From: Camelus dromedarius
Taxonomy: Eukaryota
NCBI RefSeq assembly: GCF_036321535.1
Contig: NC_087437.1
Span: 91,886,001 to 91,950,000 of the forward strand
Direction of reading: 5' to 3'
Length of the DNA stretch: 64,000 bases
Position 1 is the stretch's first letter. Every line of letters starts with the position of its first letter. Under the pieces are notes generated by a model, which was not told where the DNA came from, did no database searches, and saw only the letters and a list, made by a program, of their open reading frames with translations. Positions 39,801 to 52,224 of the stretch are shown here, one piece after another. The translations under genes and the position numbers were made by a program.

Positions 39801-42800
39801 ATTCTACCCTGCAAAGCTGTCATTCAAAAGTGAGGGGGAGAGAGAATCTGTCAAACAAGCAAAAGCTAAAGAAGTTCATCACCACTAGACTGGCCTCACA
39901 AGAAATGTTAAAGGGACTTGTTTAAGCTGAAATGATAGGGTACTAATTAGTAACAGGAAAACATAAAAATAAATCTCACTGATAGAGGTAAATATACAGT
40001 AAAATTCAGAATAATCTAATGTGGTAAAGGAGGTAGATTAATCACTTAAAAAGCTAGTATGAAGATTAAAAAACAAAAGTAGCAAATTAAAATTGTAAAA
40101 ATTTGTTAAGGGATATATAAGATAAAAAGATATAAACTGTGACATAAGAAACACAAAATGCTGAGGGGAGAGAGTAAAAATGTAAAGCTTTAGAATGTGA
40201 TCAAACTTAAGCCATTATCAACTAAAACAGACTTTTAAATATAAGTTGTTATATGTAAATCTTATGGTAACCACAAAGAAAAAACCTACAGCAGATACAC
40301 AAAATATGAAGAAAGAAATCAAAGCACACTAGAACAGAAAATCATCAAATCAGAAGAGAAAAAGAAAATAAAAAAAGAACTACAAAACACCCAGAAAATA
40401 ATTGACAAAATGTACCTATCAATAATTCCTTTAAATGTAAATGGGCTAAAGTCTTCAGTCAAAAGACAGTGTGGCTTAATGAATAAAAAACAAGGTACAT
40501 CTATATGCTGCCTAGAAGACACTCACTTCATATGTAAGGGCACATACAGACTGAAAGTGAAAAACTAGAAAAATATAGTCCAAGCAAACAGAAACCAAAA
40601 TAAAGCCAGGTGGCTATATTTATAACCTTATCAGACAAAATGACTTTAAAATTTTTAATAAGAGAAAAACAAGATCATTACATAATAGTAAAGAGGTCAA
40701 TCCAACAAGCATATATAATATTTGTAAATATTAATGTACCCAACATAGGATAACCTAAATACACAAAGTAAATATTAATAGACCTAAAGGGAGAAACAGA
40801 AAACAATAAAATGGTAGTAGGAGACGTTAATAGCCCATTTTCATCAATGTATAGATCATTCAGACATAAATCAATAAGGAAACATTGGCCCTAATAAGAT
40901 AATCAATCAGATAGATTTAACAGATATACATAGAATAGTCTATCCAAAATCAACAGAATACACATTCTTCTCAAGTACATATAAAACATCCTGCGGGCTA
41001 CCTCATGCTTTAGACCACAAAATAAGTCTTAATATATTTAAAAGATTGAAATCCTATCAAGCATCTTTTTCTAAGCATAATGAGAAATGAGAAATAAATT
41101 ACAAAAAGAAAACTGGAAAATTCACAAATATGTGGATACAAACAACATGCTACTGAATAGCCAATGGGTCAAAGAAGAATTCAAAAGAGATAAAACATAT
41201 GTTAAATGAAAATTGAAATAGAGTATATCAAAACTTATGGGAGGCAGCAAAATCAGGGCTAGGCGGGCTAATAGTACTGGTAAAGGACGACTTTAAGGAA
41301 CAAGAAAAACCTCAAAACAACCTAACTTTACACATCAAGGAACTAGAAAAAGTACAAACAAAGCCCTAATTTAGTAGAAGAAAGGAAATAACAAAGATCA
41401 GAGCAGAAATAAGTGAAACAGAGACTAAAAAGACAATTGAAAAGATCAATAAAACTAAGATATGAATGATCATTAAGACACCACTATGAAAAATTATCCA
41501 TCAACATTTTGGACAATCTATAAGAAACTTATAAATTCCTATAATTATACAACCTATCAAGACTGAATTATGAAAAAATAGAAAATCTGAACAGAAAAAT
41601 TACTGGTAGGGTATTTGAATCAGTAATCATAAACCTCTAAACAAATGAAACTACAGGAGCAGAAGGCTTCCCTGTGAGTTCCACCAAATGATTAAAGGAT
41701 ACCAATTCTTTTCAAATTATTTTAAAGAACTGAAGAGGAAGGAACACTTTCAAACTCATTTCATGAAGCCAGCATTCCCCTGATACCAAAACCAGACAAG
41801 GATGCCACGAGAAAAGAAAACTATAGGCCAATATCCCCCATGAACATAGACACAAAATCCAAATACAGTATTAGCAAACTAAATTCAACAATAACTTCAA
41901 ATGCATCATACAAAAAAGCCAAAAATAAACAAGTGGGACTACATTAAATTAGAAAGCTTTTGCATGACAAAGAAAACTATCAAAAATTAAAAGGCAACCA
42001 CCAAATGGAAGAAAATATTTGCAAACCATATATCTGATAAGGGGTTAATATCCAAAATATATGAAAACTCATATAACTCAACAGCAAAAAACTTCAATTA
42101 AAAATCAGTATAGAATATGAAAAGACATGTTTCCAGAGAAAACATACAATTGGCCAACATGAAAAGATGTTCAATATCACTAAAATCATGGAAATGTAAA
42201 TCAAAATCACAATGAAATATCACCTCACATCTGTTAAAATGGCTATTTTCAAATAAAAAAGAAATACAATTGTTGGTGAGAATGTGAAGAAAAAGGAACT
42301 TTTGTGTACCATTGTTGAGAATGTAAATTTGTGTAACCACTATGGAAAAGAGCATGAAGGTTTCTCAAGATAGTAAAAATGCAACCACCATATGTTCCAG
42401 CAATTCCTTTTCTGGGTATTTATCCAAGAAAAAGAAAAACACTAACTCAAAAAGATATATACACCCCTATGTTTATAGTAGCCCTATTTTATAACAGCAA
42501 AGATATGGAAGCAACCTAAGTGTCCATTGATAGATAAACAGAAAGAGAAACTGGTATTCACAATGAAATATTCTTCAGTCTTAAAAAAGAAGGCAATCTT
42601 ACCATTTATAACAACATGGATGGACTTTGAAGGCATTATGCTGAGTGAAATAAGTCAGACAGAGAATGACATACTAACTTATCTCACTTATATAGGAAAT
42701 CTAAAAATAAACACACACACACACACAAGTAAACTCATAGATACAGAGAACAGACTAATAGTTGCCAAAGGCACGGGAATTGGAGGGATGGGTAAAACTG

Positions 42801-43093
42801 GTAAAGGAGGTTAAAAAGTACAAACTTCCAGCTATAAAATAAATGTCATAGGATGTAATATACAGCATGGTGACTACAGTTAACAATATTTTAGGTATAT
42901 ATTTGAAATATCTTATGAGAGCAGATCGTAAAAATTTTCATCACAAGAAAAAAATTTTGTAACTATACATGGTGATGGATGTTAACTAAACTTACTGTGG
43001 GGATCATTTCACCATACATACAAATATAAAATCACTGTGTTATACATCTGAAACTAACATAATGTATATGTCAGTTATATCCCAACAAACAAA
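36802..43093 (+). mobile_element. End-to-end, internally deleted, inactive L1 (L1MA9/L1M3-like)
   Basis: The element starts 'ggggcaaattcaagatggc' and has a ~2.2-kb 5' UTR. ORF1 remnant ~39036-39930 (RLSAGFSAET...FQPRIFYPAKLSFK), ORF2 remnant from ~40410 (LNVNGL EN start), and a complete 3' UTR to 'gtcagttatatcccaacaaac'. Both ORFs carry many stops and frameshifts. Confidence 0.95.
37250..38750 (+). repeat. Diverged ~365-bp tandem monomers within the L1 5' UTR
   Basis: Homologous unit starts at 37540, 37908, 38266 and 38641. The motif (c/t)tcactccag recurs near 37404, 37863 and 38596. Confidence 0.8.
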
Positions 43094-43554
43094 GACTAAT
43101 ATTTTGGTTGGATGACAACTTTGAGAGTTCTTGAGAAGAGGCTGCTGTATTCTGTATATATGAGAGATGTGACCAAGTGTAATGAAGAGGGCAGACTGCG
43201 GAAAATAAAATTATTGTCCTCAAATATTCATTTATTATTAACCTATACTGTGTGCCATATGAGTTTACAATTTATCTTATTTGAGGCAGAGTATGCTTCC
43301 TCACACTTGACTTTTCTGTTAGGCATATGATTTTTTTTGGGCAGATGGGTGATCAGTGGACTTTGCTAATAAAAAGGGACTTTGGCATAAGATGAACTTG
43401 AGAGCACTGTCTGAAAAATGGGGCAAAATAGATTCAAGAAATGTTTTTCTCACCTAGACAGCTACACAATGTAAACTATATGTATACATACCATATATTA
43501 TAGATAGAAAATATAAATTTATATTTACATATATGTAATATGTAAATATGTATT

Positions 43555-43842
43555 TTAAGCAGAGGCTTAAAACGTGCATGTGTAATTGGACTCATCATCT
43601 TGCACTTTTGCTATCACATTGAAAAGAACAAAAAACATTGCTTTGCCTGGCCTGCTGGTCCAAAGAAAATGAGAGACGTGTGAAGACCTAGACTGAACCT
43701 GTAGCTTGGAGCCAGCATAGCCAACTCTACCCAAAATTTACCAGACTTCACATGCATGAATAAGAACAATCTTAGCCCCTTTTTGGCCACTAAGTTTTGA
43801 GATGGTTAGTTAAGCAGAATTATTGGTATAATAATCTGATGG
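43555..43842 (+). mobile_element. MaLR LTR fragment, MLT1H/I-like
   Basis: 'agcagaggctt...cctgctggtccaaagaaaatgagagac...gccactaagttttgagatggttagttaagcag'. Confidence 0.75.
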
Positions 43843-44339
43843 AAAATACGTAGAATGATTTGGAACATAGTAGAAGCCCAACAAATGCTTCTTTTGTATT
43901 TTGTAATATTCATTGCTTAAGCAAAGTTACCTAATTGTAACCATATGACATAAATAAAAAAGTAAATATTCCCTAAAAATCAATACATTGATTCAGCAAA
44001 ATTTGGGTTGCTAGTTGTTTTGTAAACTACATTTATTTTCTACAAAATATTTTGCTTTTATATTTTATCCATTGTTATATACTGGAATAGCTGAGTATCT
44101 TTTTTTTTATATAACAGGATTTAGAAAAATGCAATAGAATATTGTGTGGCTGGTGAGAAAAAATTATCTTCAGTGAACTCTGTTTCAGTATGTCTCATTC
44201 CAAAGCCTGTATTCATTGCCAAAGTCTAAAATGAGTAAAGTTTACCCTTTAAGATTCCAGAGAGAATTTTAGATACCTGCTCATTTATGCAATTCAATAT
44301 TTGAGATCTTACCATCTTAAATATATTATATATGATTTA

Positions 44340-44800
44340 TGTTTATGCATGTATTTACTATTTACATCATGCCTCATTCTAGTAGAGGATTTGAGGCAGC
44401 CTCTAGCTATGTGCGTGCAAAAATATATTAAAAAATAAATGTGAGAAAAACAAGACAGAGGGCCACTAAAAATAGAAAATTTAATTTAAGCCATATAGTA
44501 AGTTTATTAAACATGCATATGTTAAGTACTGTATCATTGAGATAAGCCACGGATTTGTCTTAAACTTCTTAGTAGCCAGAATGAAGATAAATTATTGAAT
44601 GTTATATGATTGACAGAAGGATTTATAATATCCATCAATTTTATTAGTAAAAGAACAGCTTTCCTGGTAATGAAGAGTGAGAAGGGTCTCCTGTGAGCCC
44701 TTTTAAATAGGTCATTCTACACTAATGTGAACAATAGTCTCAAAATTATCCTTATTACAAATGCAATAGTGATTTCTTATGGCTGTGTGCTATCACAAGC
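44340..44800 (-). mobile_element. Possible Mam_R4 (Dong/R4-clade LINE) remnant
   Basis: 'tttacatcatgcctcattctagtagaggatttgaggcagc' and 'gccacggatttgtcttaaacttcttagtagccagaatgaag' resemble the recalled Mam_R4 consensus. Not aligned. Confidence 0.45.
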
Positions 44801-45459
44801 CATAAGGCAAATTTAAGGAATGATGTGATGCAAAAGCAATAGTCAATACATCTGATTCTGTTAGAAATTAATTTGGTTTGAATATAGAAATTTCTTGATT
44901 TCTGGATACATCAAATTATAAAACAAAGAATGGATAGAATGCACCAATTTTGGGTGACTATCATGGATATTATTTTTCATGACTGCAGTTTTACTGAAAA
45001 TTGATTCACACACAAAAAAAGTGATTTAAGTTCTTTGTTCAAACCTGAGGTGAGAGAAACACATATTGCTGATCTGTTCATTCAACAAATATTTATTAAA
45101 TATTGTATTAAAATCTTGGAAAACAAATACTTGTCTTTGAATGTATTGTCCCTGTGATACTAATGTATGTGTCCAGTTGCTATACTATTAAAGTGTTAAA
45201 TAGTTTATGTACATTTTAAGTATACTGATCATTTATCAAAAATATTCACATTTGAAATGCATACCTTTATATGTATTATTTACTTTCCTTCCACATACAC
45301 ACAGAATTGTTTTTCATCTTTCAGAAGTACTCACTTCTTACATAGAACAAACATCAACAGCAAGGAAAATAACTACCTCTTCCTATTCCTAGCTTTGTGG
45401 GCAAGTGGATTGTGTTTAATTGTGTTTTTTAGCTCAACCACTAGAAACAAAGCCAGGTT

Positions 45460-45575
45460 GTTAGACACGGAAGATTGCTTAGTATCAGTTTTGTCCCCAA
45501 CAGGGGTCTCGGAAGACCTTGTTGCCAGGAAACACAGAGCCAAGGGAAGCGCAAAAGGAACGGAACGGGTATGGT
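45460..45575. promoter_or_regulatory. CpG-retaining candidate regulatory element with RFX X-box-like and ETS-like motifs
   Basis: CpGs at 45468, 45510, 45550, 45561 and 45566; GTTGCCAGGAAAC at 45521-45533; CGGAAG at 45468 and 45510. Confidence 0.4.
45504..45568 (+). other. Candidate 65-nt exon of an unidentified gene
   Basis: Acceptor ttttgtccccaacag and donor CGG|gtatgg flank a purine-rich, CpG-retaining body that is open in all three frames. Confidence 0.35.
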
Positions 45576-47344
45576 TGCTTTCAATGCAACTCTCCACATC
45601 TCTAATTGCTCCAAGAAGTCTATGTTCCACGTTTATCTATTCCCACCTATGCAGCCTTCACTTGTTTTCTCTTTATCTTCATAGATACATAATGCATTTT
45701 ACTGCTCTGCCGGGTGTTTTATAATCAATTCTATCATTTTTATTGTCCTATATTAATTCATATATTGTAATTAATTAATCTGCACCTTACCAAAATATCT
45801 TGAAATAAAGCTTTCATTCACATGGAAATTTGTTTTTTCTAATCTATTATTTAGAGATGCTATATACATTATAAATACATTTTAATGCCTGAGTCTAAAT
45901 AAATAGATTCCTTTGACCAAATCTTCTCTTCCACAGTAACTGAAATACTGCATAGTGAAGTCATCTACAGATTTTTGACAGCTTGAGTATATTTGCAGAT
46001 GGTGTGGAATCACCATTCCTTTTAAAATGTGGTTTTATAATGATGATAACCAAGAATTATTTTCCTAGCTTTAAAGAGTATATATAGTAACTTCAGATTA
46101 GTCAAGAAAATGAAGGCAGAGAAAGGTGAGGATGATCCATTTACATCTGTAAGACAGTGACAAGAAAAAATTACCTACAGCAGTAAAGGTATCACATTAA
46201 TTGGTTGTTTTTGAAAATAAATTTGACTTAGATGTATCTTTGAGGAAAAGAGACTATGTCTTTCTGTGTTCAAGTAAATCATTTATTAGACCAACTGCTA
46301 CATCTGCCAAAATGCTATTTCAACAACAAAGTGACCCACATTGTATGTAGGAAACTATACAATGAACTATATAAAAGCCTCTCAAAATTATTTTAAATAA
46401 ACTTTTTTATGGTCTTGAGGATTACTGTACTCAAGAAAATTAGAGCTGTAACAGAAAACAATGCTTTAAACAGTTTTCACCATATGCATTTATTTTGCTC
46501 TACAACTATCAATTTTATATTGATATAATTAAACAATAAATCCAAAATATTCTACTACCAAAAACCAATTAAAATTCAGGTTTCATTAAAAAATTAGAGC
46601 TTATTGTCTAAAGATTAAATTATCTTAAATGCTATTCATTACATTTATATGAACTAAGGGCACTATCATACAAAAAATAAAACATACTATCTATTTAGAA
46701 ACTGATCATTATTAAATACAACATGAACTTCATCTTATAAAATCCAATGGTTACCATAGAAAGATTCAATAAAAACATTTTAGAAGTAAAATATTTGTAT
46801 ATTTGGTTTACTTTTGCAGGCTAATGACCAGAATGAATTATTTCTTTCATGAAAAAAGCCTTCAATTACTACCTGTCTATCCTGATAATGCATCCTTATC
46901 AAACTATATGAGCTGAAAAAATATCTTATTTTTATTGCATTATTTTATAAAGTTAATCAGTTTGGTAAGTTCACTGGGAAATGGTACATGTACTGAGTTG
47001 ATATAGACAGCATGGCAATCCTTCAAATGATGTAATGGCTTTTGATAGTTAAAATTTTTTAATTAAAATGAATGTTGTCATGTGTTCCAGTAAATAAATC
47101 TTTGTTACTAAGGAAATGTAAATTTACCCAATATGTGATAGATTAGGTACATGAAACACAATAAATAACAAGCTTTGGACAAGAAATTCCAGTTGTATAA
47201 TGTGATTTATCTGACATTAGGATATGGGATGACTAGAGCTAGTTCTATGTAAGTGTTTGTTGTCATTAGTATACAGGTAGGCCTTCACAGAGCCACACAG
47301 ATCATTACATGACGCCTTTGCCCAATCAATTTATTAATCAGTAA

Positions 47345-47345
<1 letters not shown>

Positions 47346-47380
<35 letters not shown>
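47346..47380. repeat. (CA)17 microsatellite
   Basis: Perfect dinucleotide run read directly. Confidence 0.98.
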
Positions 47381-47382
<2 letters not shown>

Positions 47383-50300
47383 AGAGTCAGACTGAGTGAA
47401 AAAAAAAAAATCTGTGAAACAGAGGCACAAAAAGTTGAGTTGTGTCATACCATCTGTTCTGCTGGAAGAGCATCTTTTCATGAAAGCTAGTATGTAACAG
47501 ACATTGATCTTTATTCTGAGCCAAGTGTGTGTCACCTTGTTGGCCCTGGCCCAGCCTTATGTCAAATGGGTCTCTGCTCATCAGAAGTCAAAATTGTGGC
47601 TAAAAATATTTCTGTGTAAAAACGGAAGTTTCACATTTATGCCACCTATTTTACACATTAGCAGATGGATCTCCGTGGCTTGAAAATCTGGTAAAGATCC
47701 TTTATACAGTTCCAGGATGTGGCTGGTTATTGCTTCCTGCTTGTATAAACTAGGGTATTGACTGGGAAGCAAAGGTCACACTTCACTGTGTAGGAAGAAC
47801 CCTGCTGTCACTCTTATTGAATGACCAGTTTATTCATGCTATGACAGCACTGATCTGTACCTTGTTTCTTAGTAATTCAAGATTTTTTTTCCTTCGGACA
47901 ATGTAAACTTCTTTATATTTTCTAATTATTTTATTATTTTCTTAGATCACAGCTTCCTGATATATGCAGTATGCATACCTGCAATTCTGCAATGTCACAC
48001 CATTTGGGGTCTGTCATTCAGCAAGAAAATCTTCTTTAGCCTCTTGGCTTGTGATAGAGGAACAGATGGCTTAGAATCAGAAAAAAAATACCACATACAC
48101 ATGCATACAATAGAATAAAGAAGACACAAAAGTAGACAAAAATGTTAAGTACATGTTGAAATCCTGGCCCTTTAAGGAAGCCTACTGTCAAGTTCATGAC
48201 TGCCTAAATCTCCAGCTGTTTATTATTAGGGTAGAAATCTCAAATTTAAATGTTTGTAGCTGAGCTTGGAGAAGTTAAGTTTTAGATAAACAATCACTTA
48301 AATTTCTGCATTTCTCTGTTGTTACTCATCCCTGCCATTCTCTCATGCTGTGGTCCTAAACGTCATGAATGAAGAAGTCTTTAAAGGCATTCCTTGAATC
48401 CAGCAAAATTGGACAAATTAAAATTTATGGTAATGAGTGAAATATAAAGGAGTTTTGGGAAGCCTTTGATTACTTTTGCTTCTAGAGACAAAGAGGGGTT
48501 TGATAAAATTAGATACAGAGATTTTAAAACTCCTACATAGGTATTCCTTATATTAAATAAATTGATTTGCATAGTTCTTAACCTGAAACATTGAAAACAT
48601 AGCCATTAAATCTTTGTCCCTACATTTATTGGGTGATTCTGTTGGAGTTAGAGTGAAACTGATTTGGATAAAGTGTTATGATTTATTGTAACCCTACTAG
48701 AAAATGCAGAAGTTGAGAGCATTCAAATAAGATAAGTGAAAAAAATCACCATATTCTTTAAAGATATCAAAACTTCAGATGATTCCCAGGCACAGTCTAA
48801 ATTGCATTAAAGCATAATGGCCTCTGGCAAAAGAAAAGTGCAGAAGGAGATGCCAAGTTTTGGAAGAGCTGCAAAGTCAGGGAAAGACCTTGATCATGAT
48901 CCCATTACATCCAAAGGGAAGCACCAAGTCTACCATGTCAAACCACAGATTGATTAATTGGCATTGCTTTTCAGACCTTGGGATCTGCAGATGTCTCACC
49001 TGGGCTATCTTTTCTTACTTAAAATACTACACCAAGAATTGAGTGTCTAGAAATTTAGCCCTTAACTATAAGGAGTTTTCTCTTGTATAGCCTGCTAAAA
49101 CCTAAAACTCCAATAAACCCAAATATTGTGATTAATTCATCTCTTTAATTATCATCGGGATAAAAGTATGTACTATTGGTGGACACCTCCCTGTACCATC
49201 TTTCCACATGTCCTTTTAAACCCGTGACAACCCTATGAACAGTAACATAAGCTATAATTTCCCCTAAAATGAGTTTTCCACTAAACAAAACATTAATGGC
49301 ATTCTTGGTTTTAAGATAAAACCCATAAGCCAGGTATAAGACAAAGAGATTTGGGCAGAATGTCTTTTTAAGAAAATCCATTTCTCCTTCCCCCAGTCCA
49401 TTTTGCTTAAGTAAGCACCTCTTTTTTCTCCATCCTAGACACTGACCTTTTTTTGTTGGAGGAAGAGAAACAAAGTTTCATGTTGAGAAGGGTCTCAAAA
49501 TGTTCTCTATCTTGTCCACATACCTACCTATACCACGTTGGATCCAAAAGTGTGGAGAACATCTGGATACAATTAGTAATGTGAGAGTGATGTGACCAGT
49601 AATGAACTTCCCAGATGGTACTCTGAGAAGTTTGCTCCCAGATTTCCCCACAGTAATATGGCACGGGGCAGCAGAACAGGCATAGCTGAGGGGAACATCA
49701 GGGACAGAGCAGCCATACTTCCATTGGCTTGGGAATATTCTATCAGACCTGACAGAGATAGAAAGGCAGAAGACCCAAAGGGGTCCTGCATTCAAGCCTA
49801 GGGGTAAATTCTGATTTGTCAGTTTAAATCTGAAGTGGCTGAGGAAACAACAGAGTTGCTCATAAGAATACTTATTACCAACAGGCAAAGGAGAGTTCAG
49901 AATAGATCTGAAAACCAAAATAAATTACATTAAAAATGAATTTCACATCTGAATATGTGATTTAAAATTATAAATGGTAGTTAATCTCACTGTGTTTTTG
50001 ATGCTGCTGCTTATGTTAAGTGAGTCTTCTCCTACTCTATTGTTTAACTATTGTTGGTGGTTTATTTACACAGGAGGTATGAAGAAGTAATACTAGTGGG
50101 TCAGTTAAGAGAATGGCTTAGTCCTCAAAGAAGGCTAGTTGGGTATGCATTGGTTTCCATGCATTTCAAAGTTTATCTCCTATCACACATTAAATTATGT
50201 GATCAACACCTTCACTGAGAAGGAAACAGTATAATATAAAGAGTATATATTACTTACCTTGGAAGCTCTGGAAAACCAAAAGTTAAATTGGCTTCTCAGA

Positions 50301-50652
50301 AATAACAGGAATGATCCAAGAAATAGTTCAGGGAAATCAATGGAAAAAAATAATTGTGCTTATAAAATAATTTATAGATTTTTCAGTGGAAGATGAAGTA
50401 AAACTTTTATTTCAATTATATAACCGTATTATATTATCCAATTTCCCTGAACTACCAAAAAAAAAAAAAAAAAAAACCAGGATATACATGATAAAATTTG
50501 TCAATGACAGGTTCTTCACAGTAATTTAATATTGCAAATGATAGAAAAGGTAATTTTGAATATGCTTTTAAGTTTTTGCTTTTTAACTATATGACACACA
50601 GAAGGATATTTTTGACCTGCCTCCACAATAATAAAAGGTAAGCTGCATCATT

Positions 50653-50989
50653 GTTTTTTTCTCTTTTTTCTCTTTTAAACTGAAGTATAGTTGATGTACA
50701 CTACTGTGTTAGTTTCAGGTGTAGAGCAAAGTGATTCAGTTATATATATATTTTTTTCAGATTATTTTCCATTATAGTTTATTATAAGACATTGAGTATA
50801 TTTCCCTTTACTATATAGTAAATCCTGCTTGCTTATCTGTTTTATGCATTGTAGTCTGTATCTCTTAATCTCATACTCCTAATTTATCCCTCCCTTTCTC
50901 CTTTGGTAACCGTAAATTTGTTTATGTCTGTGAGTCTGTTCTTGTTTTACATATAGATTAGTTTGTATTATTTTTTAGATCCCACATAT
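50653..50989 (-). mobile_element. Cetartiodactyl-type L1 3' end
   Basis: 'tgaagtatagttgatgtaca...gtttcaggtgtagagcaaagtgattcagttata...ttttccattatag...tttggtaaccgtaaatttgt...ttttagatcccacatat'. Confidence 0.9.
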
Positions 50990-51391
50990 TCATTTACTTT
51001 TAAATACAAAAAGAGAAGGAATATTACTGATATTTCATTAATAATTTCCTTACTTTTACTGATACTAAGAAAGTGTGTGATTATTTTGAGTTTACAGATA
51101 TGATTTACCTTGATTTACCATCTTCTTAATCAACAATATTATCTCCATCAAGCAACATATTAATGTTCATATAAGAGAATGTGCTAATTATCAACCTTTG
51201 TTTATAACTTCCCTAGAACTATGCAAATGATTTCAGGGATGAATCTCAAAGTTCAGTTCTATCTAAAGTTTTGTGTACATTTACCATTTTAATCCTTATG
51301 ATAAGCCAGTGTAATACAGTATATATACTGTATAAGGTTTAGAAATAAGATGAATAAAACAAGCAAATACCATCTGCCCACAACTCTATGT

Positions 51392-51482
51392 GACTGTATT
51401 TCTCTTGTTCACTGGCGTATCTCCTTTCTTAGCACATAGCCTAGCCTAGTACAAATAAGATATTCAATAAAACATTTTGAAT
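51392..51482 (+). mobile_element. L2 3' end
   Basis: 'tctcttgttcactggcgtatctcc...tagcacatagcctagc...attcaataaaacattttgaa'. Confidence 0.7.
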
Positions 51483-52224
51483 TATAGAACTAAAACTGCA
51501 TTTAATGAATTATAAGCTGTACATTTTATTTTACATTTTAGTAACTTGAAATCACTGCATCATTAGTATCCTTGAAAGTATAGAGCTCTCTTAATGAACA
51601 CTGATAACTGAGAAGTGATGTTACAGACTAAGACTCTAACTTTTAAAAATTTGAGGTTTATTCAAACCTATTTATTTATTTTACTTATGTTATCATTTCT
51701 ATGTATATATTCCTCTGTATACATGCATACATGATTAAGACAATCTATAAAATATGTGTAAAAGTTATCTTTCAATAACAATAAAACTAAAAATTCTAAA
51801 TGAAAAAAAAAACAGGACTTTACTCTTAAGAAAATGTAGCCCCTTATAGATTCATTAAGCAACACTTATAAAAAAATTGTACTATATTGTAATATAGAGT
51901 ACCAAAGAGGGATAATGACTGAACTAAAACCAGAAATTAAATATAAATTTAAAATGTGGTAAAACTGAATAAAAATTTTCACCAAAGCATTATCATTGTA
52001 GCTAAATTATGATGTTTTTCCTGTTAGCCCTAGAACAATGGTGGACCTCACAAGGGGAACACTGAGTCAGTGCCCTTATCTGTTTCTAGCTCCGGGAAAA
52101 AATGATATACCAGAGACCATCACCCAACTCTGAATCACTCATCACTGAACTCAAAGCCAGTCAGAGCCACAGCTGTACTTTTCTTTTTCCTTTGGTGTGT
52201 ACTCAGACACTATGATTTTCATAC

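Noticed and set aside
36790..43107. TSD for the long L1 (aaagtcatatttgg vs aaagactaatattttgg)
   Set aside because: Too degenerate and AT-rich to call reliably.
45257..45724. 155-aa ORF as a CDS
   Set aside because: No recognisable domain, compositionally noise-like at both ends, and overlapping ORFs exist in several frames.
49478..49918. 146-aa minus-strand ORF
   Set aside because: No recognisable protein features. It starts at a non-ATG codon and sits in a locally less AT-rich patch.
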